The notes under the pieces: model-generated
Told to the model about the DNA's origin: nothing
What the model saw: only the letters and a program-made list of their open reading frames with translations
Databases searched by the model: none
Position numbers and translations under genes: made by a program
Assembly: GCA_020718275.1 (NCBI GenBank)
Contig: DYSI01000005.1
Span: 1 to 63,480 of the forward strand
Source of the DNA: Draconibacterium orientale
Lineage (GTDB): Bacteria > Bacteroidota > Bacteroidia > Bacteroidales > UBA1556
Direction of reading: 5' to 3'
Length of the DNA: 63,480 nt
Shown: one piece after another, positions 30,300-41,058 of the stretch
Numbering within the stretch: the stretch's first letter is position 1
Layout of the letters: every line of letters begins with the position of its first letter

Positions 30300-31577
30300 T
30301 TACACTAAATCTTTACCAATGTCTTTGCGAAAATAGGCCTTTTCAAATTGTATATCTTGAATGCTTTTATAACTTTGTTGAGTTGCTTCATGAAGCGTAT
30401 TTCCTAAGCTAGTCACCGCTAAAACTCTCCCGCCATCAGTCAAGGTATCCCCATTTTCGTTCATTTTAGTGGCGGCATGAAAAATTAAACTTGAATTATT
30501 ATTCTCTAAACCTCTTATTATCTTCCCTTTGTCGTACTTGTCGGGATATCCGCCAGAAACCATCATGATGGTTGCCGCTATTCGATTATCAATCTCCATT
30601 TTTACTTCCTTCAATTTTCCCTCTTTCATTTTGGAAAAGATCGCTAATAAGTCATTTTTTATTCTTGGAATCACTGATTCAGTTTCAGGATCTCCCAATC
30701 GCACGTTATATTCAATTACGAATGGATTTCCTCCAACATTCATTAGCCCAATAAATACAAAACCTTGGTAGCTTAAGTTCTCGCTTTTTAATCCACTAAC
30801 CGTTGGTGCAATGATTTGATCTTCAACTTTTTTCATAAATTCAGCATCGGCAAATGGGACAGGCGAAATAGACCCCATACCGCCAGTATTTGGCCCTAGG
30901 TCACCATCTCCAATTCTTTTATAGTCCTTTGCTTCAGGCAGAATTAGATAATCGTTACCATCGGTCAATATAAAAACGGATAGCTCTATTCCGTGCAAGA
31001 ATTCCTCAATTACTACTTTTTGCCCAGCTTCTCCAAATTTGTTTTCTAGCAGCATCTCGCGCAACGATTTTTTTGCTTCATCCAAATTATCCATAATTAG
31101 AACTCCTTTACCTGCAGCTAGTCCATCTGCTTTAAGTACAAATGGGGCTTGTAGATTTTCCAAGAATTGCTCGCCTTGACTTAGTTGTGATGAGTCAAAG
31201 CTCTGATAACCAGCGGTTGGTATATTATGACGCATCATAAATGCCTTTGCGTATTCTTTGCTTCCCTCCAATTGAGCGGCTTCTTTTGACATGCCAACTA
31301 CAAAAATAGATTGTGTAGCGTCTTCTGATTTCAGCGAATCATACAATCCATCTACTAAGGGTTGCTCAGGGCCTACTAATATCAAATCTATTTTCATATC
31401 AAGGGCAAATTTCTTGATAGCCGAAAAATCTGTAAGACCTAGATTTACATTAGTTCCAATTTGCATGGTTCCAGCATTACCTGGTGCAATATACAGTTGT
31501 TCTAGATGGGGACTTTGATTAATTTTCCAAGCCAATGCATGTTCACGACCTCCGGAACCTAGTAGTAATACTTTCAT
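30300..31577 (-). CDS. purD: Phosphoribosylamine--glycine ligase
   Basis: GSGGREHA, APGNAG, KADGLAAGKGV, GPNTGGMG, EYNVRLGDPE, GGRVL. Confidence 0.98.
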   Translation of the reverse strand: MKVLLLGSGGREHALAWKINQSPHLEQLYIAPGNAGTMQIGTNVNLGLTDFSAIKKFALDMKIDLILVGPEQPLVDGLYDSLKSEDATQSIFVVGMSKEAAQLEGSKEYAKAFMMRHNIPTAGYQSFDSSQLSQGEQFLENLQAPFVLKADGLAAGKGVLIMDNLDEAKKSLREMLLENKFGEAGQKVVIEEFLHGIELSVFILTDGNDYLILPEAKDYKRIGDGDLGPNTGGMGSISPVPFADAEFMKKVEDQIIAPTVSGLKSENLSYQGFVFIGLMNVGGNPFVIEYNVRLGDPETESVIPRIKNDLLAIFSKMKEGKLKEVKMEIDNRIAATIMMVSGGYPDKYDKGKIIRGLENNNSSLIFHAATKMNENGDTLTDGGRVLAVTSLGNTLHEATQQSYKSIQDIQFEKAYFRKDIGKDLV

Positions 31578-31597
31578 TTATCGGTTTTGGGTTTTGG

Positions 31598-32257
31598 TTA
31601 ATCTAATTCTCTTTTTTCGCCGTATGCTAAATCTCCTGCATCGCCTAAGCCAGGAACGATATACGATTGAGCCGTAAGCTCGTCATCTATGGCTCCAACC
31701 CAAAGGCTCACCCGATTCATATTCAGTTTGCGTTTTAAAAAATCAACTCCTTCTTGACTTGCAATGGCTGCTATAATGTGGGTATGTTTTGGATTACCAT
31801 ATTGCAGTAAGGATTTGTAAGTGATTTCCAGCGAAGAACCAGTGGCAAGCATCGGATCAATTATAATCAGCGTTTTGTTTTCGATGCTTGGACAGCTTAT
31901 ATATTCCAAAGCAATATCAAACTTGCCATTTTTGTGATGCCGACGATAGGCTGAAATAAAGGCGTTGTCGGCATATTCAAAATAATTTAATACTCCTTGA
32001 TGAAGTGGTAGTCCAGCCCTTAAAATGGTCGCCAATATGGGCTGATCTTTTATTAACATCATTTCCGAAACTCCTAGAGGCGATACAATTTCTTGAGGTT
32101 CATACTCAAGCGTCTTGCTGATTTCATAAGAAAAAATTTCGCCTAGTCGTTCCATATTTCTTCTAAATCTTGCTCGATCGGTTTGCGTCTTATGATTGCG
32201 AATTTCCGATAGAAACTGATTGAAAATTGAATTGTTTTTACCTAAATTATTGACCAT
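31598..32257 (-). CDS. upp: Uracil phosphoribosyltransferase
   Basis: ILRAG, DPMLATG, YIVPGLGDAGD. Confidence 0.97.
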   Translation of the reverse strand: MVNNLGKNNSIFNQFLSEIRNHKTQTDRARFRRNMERLGEIFSYEISKTLEYEPQEIVSPLGVSEMMLIKDQPILATILRAGLPLHQGVLNYFEYADNAFISAYRRHHKNGKFDIALEYISCPSIENKTLIIIDPMLATGSSLEITYKSLLQYGNPKHTHIIAAIASQEGVDFLKRKLNMNRVSLWVGAIDDELTAQSYIVPGLGDAGDLAYGEKRELD

Positions 32258-32338
32258 CTTGCTCCCTTTTTGGTTTGATATATAGCTTGCTAAATTATTA
32301 AAAATAAAGCTTGGGTAAGCAAAAATTTAAAAAACAAC

Positions 32339-32384
32339 AAAGGCAGCGAATCTTGCTAATTCATTAGCGCAAAAAGCTGCCTTT
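32339..32384 (-). terminator. Probable terminator hairpin after the T9SS cargo gene
   Basis: AAAGGCAGC / GCTGCCTTT outer stem with inner GCTAAT / ATTAGC; T-rich tail on the minus strand. Confidence 0.55.
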
Positions 32385-32404
32385 CTGGTACGTTGGTTTG
32401 GGTT

Positions 32405-35176
32405 TTATCTGATTAGGGTCACAGTGCCTTTTATTTCGTATGGTTGGATGCTCTTTTCCGATACTTGTATGTAATAAGTATAAACCCCTTGCATTGCTTT
32501 TACGCCACTAATCAGTCCATCCCATTGCTCAAACCGATCATTGGTTGTGAAGATTATCTTACCCCATTGATCTAGGATAATAAATTGATAATTCGCATGG
32601 TCTGAAACGATTCCTTTTGGACCAAATAAGTCGTTAAGACCATCACCATTTGGGGTAAAAGCCGATGGAATATAGAGCGCACAATGTTCGACAAATACAA
32701 AATAGGAGGTGGTATCATAACATTGAGTACCATTTTTTTCATTAATTGCTGTTACGTGATAGGTCTTCGAAACAATTGGTGCATCACTGACACTGGAATT
32801 TGGTAACCCATTATCCCACAGATACTTCATGGCTCCTTGGGCCACTAAACTTACCGTTCCTCCCTTGCAGATAGTATCATAATCAGCGTAAATATTGGGT
32901 GTTGGGTTTTCTAAGAGATATACCTTTACAACGGCGCTATCAACACATTGATTTAGATTGGTTACCGTTACTTTGTAAGTTTCATCTTGGGTTGGATATA
33001 CGGTCTGTTGTTCGGAGTTCACCCCGTTACTCCATTGGTAAATATTTCCTCCTTTGGCTTTAATGAGGGCTTCAGTTCCCTCACATACCGTGGTGTCATT
33101 ACTGGTGATAATTTGAGGTAGGGGAGCCACAATTACTTGCATCGAACTATCATTCACACATTGGTTTTGGTCTGTAACGGTTACTGAAAACACTTGGCTG
33201 ACATTGGGTGAAACTACAATCGAAGCTCCTGTTTGCCCATTGCTCCATAGATATTGATTACCGCCGCTGGCATGTAGGTTGGCAGTGGTACCAATGCATA
33301 TTAAAGTATCCTCAGTTAACGTTATTTGTGGAAGTGAATTAACGATTACATCGAGTGTATCATAGTTAATACAGCCCTCTGGAGAGGTTGCGGTTAACGA
33401 ATATTGCGTGGTGATTTGAGGATTCACCTGAATAGAAGCTGTCGTTTGCCCATTACTCCACTGATAGTTAGTGCCTGAAACTGTATTACCTGACTGAATA
33501 TTGAGGTTGTTATAGATACAAATGGAGGTATCGTTTCCTAAATTTACGGTCGGAACAGGGTTCACAAATACCTGAAGACTAGTGTCATAAATACATCCTG
33601 CCCCGTCAATCATCGTATAAGTTAAGGTCTGCAAACCGGGGGTTGTAATGATCTGCTGTACGGTGTCTAAGGGACTAATATTCCAAAATGATGAATCAAT
33701 TACTGGCGTATAACCCCAGGTAACTGGTAGAATGGCGGGGTCGAAAGCAATCCCCCATTGAAAAATATAACCATTATCAGCCATCAAGTTGTCTGTTACG
33801 GTAATCGTCCAGGTGCCATTCAATGGACATCCAATAAAATTAGAAAAAGGAGTCTCTGGCAAGTATTGAATAATTGGATATGGGGCTGATGCGGTTGAAG
33901 TAGCTGGATATGGGGCTGATGGGGGTAAATAAGAAGCAGACGCATAGGGTGTTCCAAGAATGTCTGTAAAATTATGGGAATAACTTCCTGCTGCCGCTAA
34001 CATGGTGGTGCTTCCAACTGAAGTCCAATGGTACATATAACCTAAGCCAGCAACTTGAATCCCTTGATCGATAGGTTCGCCAAGAAAAGTCCCTGTTCCT
34101 CCTGGATACGATTTTAAGGTGACGGTGGAGTTGTTTGGACATTTTAAGGTAATATTTAAATCGCCTAAGTAACTATGTTCCATTTCTGCGAAGACTTTCA
34201 AAATATTGCTTGCATTTTGAATGGTTTGTCCAGCACCAAAACCAGTGAATACCACACTGGTAGTATACGAAACTCCCGACCCATCAGGTAGATAGGTCAA
34301 GCCTGCCACACTTAAGCTTGGTACTACAGACCAGCTCGTTGGCTGAACTGCACCAAATAAATTTACAGCTGTATTTTGACAAATGGTATCGTCTAATGCG
34401 TCGGTTCCGTTGAAGGTGGGAGTGGTGGAAACTCTGATTCTTACTTCTGTGGTTTGGTTGGCTCTACATCCATTGGAATCGAAAGCCGTAATGGCTGCAT
34501 TATAACCTTGGATATTGTTGAATACCGCGTTAATATTTTGACCATTGATACTGGTGGCTCCTCCAAAGCTCCAAGTGTAGTTTGTGGTAGCAGTGTCTTG
34601 GTGGTAATAGATGTCGTTTAAGGGAAAACTCGAAGCAGCATGCAAAGAAACTGAGTCGCCAGGGCAAATGTCGATGATGTATCTACCGTTTTCAATTACA
34701 AAAGGAGGCGTAGAGTTGGTTAAAATGGTGGAGAAATTCTGGCATGGAAAACCACAATGAACCATGGCTGCCCATCCTATTCCTGTGCCAACCGATGTCC
34801 ATTTGAAAGTTAATTTTCCACCAACATTAAAGAAACTGGGGCGTATCGTTTGCCCGACTGGAGAATTGCCGTTATTGTATATGTTCATTAATGGTGCAGC
34901 AACGGTTGCGCCGTCATAAACTTCTAGAGCATCGCCAATTCCAACGCTGAAAGACGTAAAAGTAATATTGCTAACAGTGCCAGCAGTGCCTGGCGCAAAA
35001 GTTACAGTGTAGGTTTGATTGCCAACATAAGCTCCTCCCGATCCTCCTGGATCAAAAAAATTACCACTGCATGAACTTATGGTTTGACCGTTATAGGCAT
35101 TGATATTGTAAATTTGTGCCCAAGAGTAATTACTTATAAAAGCAATAATTATCAAAAGAAGGAGATCTTTTTTCAC
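32405..35176 (-). CDS. T9SS type-B CTD cargo protein: CUB-like, P-proprotein-like and four Ig/PKD-like repeats
   Basis: C-terminal YIPSAFTPNGDGLND...DQWG...WDG...GVY.Y...GTVTLIR; CSG.F.DPGG (CUB-like); EHSYLGDL.I.L.CP and LNGTW.I.VTD (P-domain-like). Start moved to GTG 35176, which gives a signal peptide. Confidence 0.88.
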   Translation of the reverse strand: MKKDLLLLIIIAFISNYSWAQIYNINAYNGQTISSCSGNFFDPGGSGGAYVGNQTYTVTFAPGTAGTVSNITFTSFSVGIGDALEVYDGATVAAPLMNIYNNGNSPVGQTIRPSFFNVGGKLTFKWTSVGTGIGWAAMVHCGFPCQNFSTILTNSTPPFVIENGRYIIDICPGDSVSLHAASSFPLNDIYYHQDTATTNYTWSFGGATSINGQNINAVFNNIQGYNAAITAFDSNGCRANQTTEVRIRVSTTPTFNGTDALDDTICQNTAVNLFGAVQPTSWSVVPSLSVAGLTYLPDGSGVSYTTSVVFTGFGAGQTIQNASNILKVFAEMEHSYLGDLNITLKCPNNSTVTLKSYPGGTGTFLGEPIDQGIQVAGLGYMYHWTSVGSTTMLAAAGSYSHNFTDILGTPYASASYLPPSAPYPATSTASAPYPIIQYLPETPFSNFIGCPLNGTWTITVTDNLMADNGYIFQWGIAFDPAILPVTWGYTPVIDSSFWNISPLDTVQQIITTPGLQTLTYTMIDGAGCIYDTSLQVFVNPVPTVNLGNDTSICIYNNLNIQSGNTVSGTNYQWSNGQTTASIQVNPQITTQYSLTATSPEGCINYDTLDVIVNSLPQITLTEDTLICIGTTANLHASGGNQYLWSNGQTGASIVVSPNVSQVFSVTVTDQNQCVNDSSMQVIVAPLPQIITSNDTTVCEGTEALIKAKGGNIYQWSNGVNSEQQTVYPTQDETYKVTVTNLNQCVDSAVVKVYLLENPTPNIYADYDTICKGGTVSLVAQGAMKYLWDNGLPNSSVSDAPIVSKTYHVTAINEKNGTQCYDTTSYFVFVEHCALYIPSAFTPNGDGLNDLFGPKGIVSDHANYQFIILDQWGKIIFTTNDRFEQWDGLISGVKAMQGVYTYYIQVSEKSIQPYEIKGTVTLIR
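32690..33565 (-). repeat. Four tandem ~73-aa Ig/PKD-like repeats (protein level; boundaries approximate)
   Basis: Unit P......DT.IC.G....L.A.GG..Y.WSNG.......V.P.....Y.VT.T....C seen four times. Confidence 0.8.
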
Positions 35177-35354
35177 CCAAGATGTTTTTAATATTGTGGT
35201 GTAAAGATAGGTTTTTTGCACATTAAGTTGTCTTGAAGTTAAAAAAAATATCTGAGTTTTTATTGCTCTTTCCTTACGCTCAATTTGTGAATATTTAATC
35301 GCATTTTGAAAATTCAAAATAGTGTTTAGAATTCTTAATGTTTTTTGACATAGC

Positions 35355-35388
35355 AAAAAAAAGGGAAATATCTATGATATTTCCCTTT
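35355..35388 (-). terminator. Intrinsic terminator of the ppiD-like gene
   Basis: 13-bp stem AAAGGGAAATATC / GATATTTCCCTTT, T-run on the minus strand. Confidence 0.85.
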
Positions 35389-35406
35389 CAGTTATTTTGG
35401 GATTAC

Positions 35407-37596
35407 TTAGTAGAAGAAATTAATAAATTCTTCTATTTCAGCATTTTCTTCGATTGCGTTATAGGCTGAAGTACCTACTCTTTGGGTGAATGATTCAGCA
35501 CTTCTTTGTTGTAAGTAGTCCAAATTCATTTTTTTAGGAATTTCGCCATTTTCTAATACTTTAAAAAAGAAAATGCCTTGTTCGCCTTTGATGGGGCCCA
35601 TGAGTTTACCTTTTTCGGCAACTGCTATTTTACCTTGCACTACAGGTTCTGGCCCATAAGTAGGCAATGAATAGGTTGCAAAAGCGAGGTTCGCGGTGTC
35701 AATCTTAGATTGGAATTGAGTAGCCATGGTCAAATCGCTAACTGAGTTCATCTTTTCAATCAATATTTTGGCTTTCACTTCTCTTTGAACTAAAGATTTG
35801 ATACCTTCTTTTACAGATTCCAACGGTAATATTCCTTTGGGGTTTATTTCGGTTAGGACAGCAAGTGCAATTTGATTCTCGAAGTCAAATACATTAGACA
35901 TACTTCCTTTTTCAGTAGTTTCATTAAACATCCATTTAACCATTTCTCTTGAGTCTTTAAGTCCCGTAATTCCTTTTGAAAGGGAGTTTATAAAATCACT
36001 TTTAATCACGTTAAGGCCAAGGCTTGCAGAAGCGGTATCAAAGGCATCGTAGGTTTGATTGCTGGCTGCAAATTTGATTGCCTCACCATAAACTGCATTG
36101 AAGGTTTCCGAAGAAAAGGTTATTGGCAGGTTCAATTGGGCGATTCGAATGCGGGTATTAAAATTTTTCTTATCGTCTACTCTTAGCACATGAAAACCGT
36201 AGGCTGTTTCTACTACTTTTATAACTCCTTTTTCATTTTCAACGCATGCTTGGTTGAATTCTGGAATCATTCCGCCATCAGCAAACCAGTCAAGTGAGCC
36301 TTTGTTTTGTGCTTTTGATGGGTCATCAGATAGATTTACTAATTGTTCGAAATTATCGCCTTTTTTGCTAAGAACTGCTTGGATACTATCGGCTAAGGCA
36401 CGAGCTGCAATTTTGGTTCTTTTAACGGCTGGATCTGCACCATAAGCACCGCCGTAGGAGATTAAGATATGACTTGCTTTCATCGAGTCGGGGCGAACTT
36501 GACGATCCATAACTCTGGCAATGTGATAGGCTGTATTTTCAGTCCATGGTCCAATTACAGTTCCTATCTCAGCCACAAAAGCTGCAGAGTCGATATAGGG
36601 AGATAAGGTGCCCGCTTTAACCCAACTACTATCGTAACGATTATCGCCCACTTGATTGATAATAGATGCTACGCTTTGCTTGTTGGCATTTTTTAATTCG
36701 GTACTTAATTGTTGTATTTGGGATTCTAATTCTTGAATGTCTTTTTGTGAGGGGCTAATATTCCATACAATGTATTCAATTTTGCGAAGCTCTTCCTTGT
36801 TTTTAAATTCTTGTTTATGTTCCTCATAATAGGCGTTAAAATCAGCATCGGTCGGAACGGATTCTTCATCGGTTACCAGTTTGTATTGGGCGGCGAAGAA
36901 AGCTGTTTTTTCCATTTTGTTGTTATCAACAAATTCTACTTCGGCTAAAGCTTTTGGTAAATAATAGGCTTTACTGATTAGCGAATTGTATTTGCTGACT
37001 TTGATATCATTTTTGATATATTTAACTAGTAAATTCCATTGCTTTTGCGATTCGATGGCTTGTTCTCTTTTTTCAGCATCTTCGTTGTTGATATTTTCTT
37101 CAAGGTAGTTTAGGAAATTACTAACTGCTTGTGGATTAAATTGTCCTGTTTTCGGGTCGCTGAAGTTTCTTAAAATTTCAGGATGAATATTGGTTCCTGT
37201 AATCCGGTTCATATATTCGTCCATGGTGATGTCTGCAATGGAGCTATTGGTTGCAGTAGATTTTTGTATCAAGCCTAACTCTTCCATTTGTTGACCAAGC
37301 AAGGTTTCTCTTTTTACGACGTTCCAAACATCTATAACTGTTTGAAAAGATTCTTCATTGGTTAAATTATCTTTTTTTAATTGTTGTTTAAGCATTTCAG
37401 TTTGCTCACTCACTCGCGATGAGAAATCTTGCGAAGAGATCTTTTCGTCATTGACTAATGCTAATTTTGTTTGGTCAAAGTTATTCCCTTTTCCTAAATT
37501 CTGCACTAAATCACCTAATACGAAAGCGGCTAAGGCTACTCCAATAATAACTAATAATAATCCTGATCTAGATCTGATTTTTCCAATAATTGCCAT
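35407..37596 (-). CDS. PpiD/SurA-family peptidyl-prolyl isomerase chaperone
   Basis: MAIIGKIR.R..LL..IIG.AL.AF N-terminal anchor; parvulin motifs ASHILI, SDD, G.L.W, ETAYGFHV. Confidence 0.9.
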   Translation of the reverse strand: MAIIGKIRSRSGLLLVIIGVALAAFVLGDLVQNLGKGNNFDQTKLALVNDEKISSQDFSSRVSEQTEMLKQQLKKDNLTNEESFQTVIDVWNVVKRETLLGQQMEELGLIQKSTATNSSIADITMDEYMNRITGTNIHPEILRNFSDPKTGQFNPQAVSNFLNYLEENINNEDAEKREQAIESQKQWNLLVKYIKNDIKVSKYNSLISKAYYLPKALAEVEFVDNNKMEKTAFFAAQYKLVTDEESVPTDADFNAYYEEHKQEFKNKEELRKIEYIVWNISPSQKDIQELESQIQQLSTELKNANKQSVASIINQVGDNRYDSSWVKAGTLSPYIDSAAFVAEIGTVIGPWTENTAYHIARVMDRQVRPDSMKASHILISYGGAYGADPAVKRTKIAARALADSIQAVLSKKGDNFEQLVNLSDDPSKAQNKGSLDWFADGGMIPEFNQACVENEKGVIKVVETAYGFHVLRVDDKKNFNTRIRIAQLNLPITFSSETFNAVYGEAIKFAASNQTYDAFDTASASLGLNVIKSDFINSLSKGITGLKDSREMVKWMFNETTEKGSMSNVFDFENQIALAVLTEINPKGILPLESVKEGIKSLVQREVKAKILIEKMNSVSDLTMATQFQSKIDTANLAFATYSLPTYGPEPVVQGKIAVAEKGKLMGPIKGEQGIFFFKVLENGEIPKKMNLDYLQQRSAESFTQRVGTSAYNAIEENAEIEEFINFFY

Positions 37597-37726
37597 TCTG
37601 TATCTGTTTAAAAAATTGCTTGCAAATGTACATACAAAACTAATAGCTCCGAAATTATATTTAACCTCTTGAAAATTAGCTTTTAAAACGTTTTAAATAA
37701 TTAGTAATCAATATTATACAATTACT

Positions 37727-39001
37727 TTAAACTTTGTTAACGCTTATTTTTATTAAATCTATTTTAGTGTTTCCGGCTTGAATTATTTCAAAAGTATTAT
37801 CATCGATATTCATGATGGTTCCTTTTTGAGGTATACTTTCGTGATGATGGATTACATAGCCACCCAGTGTCTCAAATTCGTCTGATTCCACTAAATTTAA
37901 ATGGTATGTTTCGTTCAAATAATCGATTTCTAGTCGCGCAGAAAATAAATAGGTATTTTCATCTATCTGTTTTTCAACTGATTGATCTTTATCAAATTCG
38001 TCTTCTATTTCGCCAAAGATCTCTTCCATCAGATCCTCCATCGTAATAATTCCTGAGGTTCCTCCAAACTCGTCCAAAACTAAAGCAATGCTGTTATGTT
38101 CTTTAATCATTTTGTTGAGCATGGTATTGGCCGCCATGGTTTCAGGGATCATAGAGATTGTTCTGAGTATTTTCTGAATTGTTTCGGGTTTTTTGAGGAG
38201 GTCATAGGCATGTACATAGCCTATAATATTATCAATATTTTCTTGGTGAACGAGTATTTTTGAATGACCTGTTTGGTGAAATATTTCTATTAATCGTTCA
38301 ATAGTTTCATCTAGCTCTACTGATTTTATTTCCGTACGTGGCACCATACACTCTCTGATTTTGGTAGATCGAAATTCTATGGCATTTTTGAAAAGCTGAA
38401 TATCGCTCTCTATTTCTCCATTTTCAATGAATTCTTCGCGATGAAAATCCTGAATAAAATAATCTAAATCAATAGTTGAGAAATGGTGTTTTTGAGTGGT
38501 AATGCTTGTCCTAAAACCATATTTTAAAATAATTTCGGATATTTTAATGAAAAACCAGACAAAGGGAAATAATAAAAAATAAAGAATAATCAGGGGTAAA
38601 CTGAATAGTTCAATAGCTTTATTGGCGACTAGTCTAAAGGTGGCCTTTGGAATGTATTCTGCTAAAATTAGGATTAAAAAGGTTGAAATTAGTGTGTTGG
38701 CAAATAGAATTGCAAAATCGCTTTGTAGGTAATAGGGGAGAGAACTTGCTAGAAGTGGATTTACAATTTTCTCCATATTCATTCCATAGATTACTAGAGA
38801 TATATTATTGCCTACCAATAACATGGCAATAAAATTAGCTTCTCGTTTGTTGAACCAGGAGACAATTCTACCTGATAATATATTTCTACTCTTGTTGAGC
38901 TCAATTTTTAATTTATTAGCGGTAACAAATGCTATTTCCACTCCTGAAAAGAATGCGGAAAATACTATGCTTAGGATGATAATGATTATTGCAGCGTTCA
39001 T
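37727..39001 (-). CDS. HlyC/CorC (CNNM/DUF21-CBS-CorC) family protein
   Basis: SAFFSG.EIA, LVGNN, E.IPK, MVPR, GHSKI, DEFGGTSG..T.ED..EEIFGEI.DE.D. Confidence 0.92.
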   Translation of the reverse strand: MNAAIIIIILSIVFSAFFSGVEIAFVTANKLKIELNKSRNILSGRIVSWFNKREANFIAMLLVGNNISLVIYGMNMEKIVNPLLASSLPYYLQSDFAILFANTLISTFLILILAEYIPKATFRLVANKAIELFSLPLIILYFLLFPFVWFFIKISEIILKYGFRTSITTQKHHFSTIDLDYFIQDFHREEFIENGEIESDIQLFKNAIEFRSTKIRECMVPRTEIKSVELDETIERLIEIFHQTGHSKILVHQENIDNIIGYVHAYDLLKKPETIQKILRTISMIPETMAANTMLNKMIKEHNSIALVLDEFGGTSGIITMEDLMEEIFGEIEDEFDKDQSVEKQIDENTYLFSARLEIDYLNETYHLNLVESDEFETLGGYVIHHHESIPQKGTIMNIDDNTFEIIQAGNTKIDLIKISVNKV

Positions 39002-39582
39002 TGTGTTATGGTGTCAGAAAATTCACTTTGGTTAAACTCAATATCTCCGCTAGGGTTAGTAATTACCCATTTCTCAAAGGTTTCGTCTGCCTCTAGTCCA
39101 TCACCGAATAAAATTTTCCCCTCGGTAACTACTCTCACTTTATTATTCGTATAAATTAAATGCTTGTTTTGATCCCAAATGAGTCGCTCAGTATATAATT
39201 GTTGACCTTGTGCGTTCACCGCAACCACATTATTTTGGGCTTCCATTATTTTAGTTTTGGTGTAATTTATAGCATAGTCGGCTTTAAGGCTCGAACGGAC
39301 TTGCTTGGTTGAATCATAAAAAATCAAATTAATTCCTTTAGGCATTTCTAAATAGTCGTCGTCATTGAGGTATTGATTGACCTCAGGGCTTTCCATTTTC
39401 ATCATTAATTTTCCGCTGTCAGTGTATACCATTGTCATATTATAAGTAGTTGAAATTGGTGTGTTTTCATCTACTTTCAGTGCTTTGATGGCGGATAAAT
39501 CATTTTCACACGAAAAAAGCATTGTTCCGAGCAAAATCAGAACAATGCTTTTTAAAAAAGGTAAGATGCTATTATAAGTCAT
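38998..39582 (-). CDS. lptC: LPS export periplasmic protein LptC
   Basis: Lipobox FSC; Y.DSG, EMPKG, L.A.YA, LYTE.L.WD; expected synteny. Confidence 0.85.
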   Translation of the reverse strand: MTYNSILPFLKSIVLILLGTMLFSCENDLSAIKALKVDENTPISTTYNMTMVYTDSGKLMMKMESPEVNQYLNDDDYLEMPKGINLIFYDSTKQVRSSLKADYAINYTKTKIMEAQNNVVAVNAQGQQLYTERLIWDQNKHLIYTNNKVRVVTEGKILFGDGLEADETFEKWVITNPSGDIEFNQSEFSDTITQ

Positions 39583-39619
39583 TGAATTTTAATATTCAAC
39601 CGCGAATTTACATTTTTAT

Positions 39620-41038
39620 TTAACGTGAGCGCACAGTAGTTTGTTCATTTATCCAACATTCAATGGTAATGGTTTGTCCATCAGATAGATTTCTCATGAA
39701 AACATCTTGTTTCTCAGGAAAGTTACCTCTAATTGCAGCAAGTTTCTTTTGTGCAAGATCTTTTACTTTTTCATCATCAGATATTGTAATGGCTCGGGAA
39801 TATTTATCGGCGGCAGCCCAGTAGGCAACTCTTAAGCCTTGTACAGTACAATCTCCAGCACTGTTAACATACAAATCGCCAATGATGATGTAAACCATGC
39901 CCTCTTTTGGATTGTAATCGAGTACTTTTAATGCTGCATTGCGGGCAGCACTGTATTGATTCAACGAACGATAGACCTCGGCAAGTAATAAATAGGCTGA
40001 TGATTTTTTTGAAACTAATGAATCAGGTAAAGTGTTGCAAGCTTCTTCCAAATAAGGCTTGGCTTTACTGTATTGTTCCCGTTCAAAAGCTAATTTACCC
40101 ATCGAAAAAGCTGATTCGGCATTTGGCTCTTTGGCGTGTACTTTTTCTAAAGCCTTAAAATAAACGTCTGATTTAGTACATCTTCTCTTTTCAAAGAACT
40201 TTACGATGTTTTTTGCTAGTGCTAAATTATCAGGGTCGGCATCAAGCTTTGGACCATATAACTCAATCAGTTTTTCGCAAGTGGCAAATTTGCTAATGTT
40301 TTGTTCGATATTATTATCTACTGATGAATACTTATTCAAATTTACTGAATCCTCAGCATATTTTTGCAGATTATACTCGAGGGCATCTTCAATATTTACA
40401 TAGTTCTCTAAGATTAGATCTTTGTCTGCAAATCCTTGTTGAACATAACGTATGGTTGCAACATAAAAGTAAAACAAAGTGGTAGGTTCAGATTCAGCTT
40501 TCAGCACGTTAAAAGATTCAACAAACCAAGGATAATAGGTTTTGGCTTCATTAGGTCTATATTTCATAAGGTCTGCTGCTTTTCTGCCAATTAGCATTTC
40601 CTTATTAACACTTTTATCATCACCAAAATATTGAATTCGTTGGTCATAAATCATCATTAAGGTGTCAACGTATGCAAACCGCTTTATTGAATCAGTTTTG
40701 TTTGAATTAATGTAATAATTGATAAGCTTGTCACCATGTATGTAAATGTTTTTACTGACGGAAGGACAATTTAAGAAGCAGTAGCGCCATGAGTTCAGGG
40801 TTTGTTGTACCAAATTTGCATCTTTGTATTTGCTAGCTGACCATTGCTTGTAAAATTCGCGATACAAACTTAGGTTTTTGACGCAGTTTGCACTGTCTTT
40901 TCCATATTTGCCATCTTTTACTTCTGTCAATGCAAGGTCATTGATTTTATCAGTTTTAATTATTGCAGCTTTTACCTCTGCGTTTCCAACCATCACAATT
41001 AAACCAAGTGCGATTAGGACTAGTTTTAATTTTTTCAT
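39620..41038 (-). CDS. Secreted TPR protein
   Basis: Signal peptide from ATG 41038 (MKKLKLV); TPR helices; C-terminal YWAA.DKY...P.....F......G......CWI.E.T.VR. Confidence 0.8.
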   Translation of the reverse strand: MKKLKLVLIALGLIVMVGNAEVKAAIIKTDKINDLALTEVKDGKYGKDSANCVKNLSLYREFYKQWSASKYKDANLVQQTLNSWRYCFLNCPSVSKNIYIHGDKLINYYINSNKTDSIKRFAYVDTLMMIYDQRIQYFGDDKSVNKEMLIGRKAADLMKYRPNEAKTYYPWFVESFNVLKAESEPTTLFYFYVATIRYVQQGFADKDLILENYVNIEDALEYNLQKYAEDSVNLNKYSSVDNNIEQNISKFATCEKLIELYGPKLDADPDNLALAKNIVKFFEKRRCTKSDVYFKALEKVHAKEPNAESAFSMGKLAFEREQYSKAKPYLEEACNTLPDSLVSKKSSAYLLLAEVYRSLNQYSAARNAALKVLDYNPKEGMVYIIIGDLYVNSAGDCTVQGLRVAYWAAADKYSRAITISDDEKVKDLAQKKLAAIRGNFPEKQDVFMRNLSDGQTITIECWINEQTTVRSR

Positions 41039-41058
41039 TTCAGTTTGTTTATTAAAGT

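Noticed and set aside
35177-35356. N-terminal extension of the T9SS cargo ORF
   Set aside because: Begins at the upstream terminator, spans the likely promoter region and would bury the signal peptide; GTG 35176 preferred
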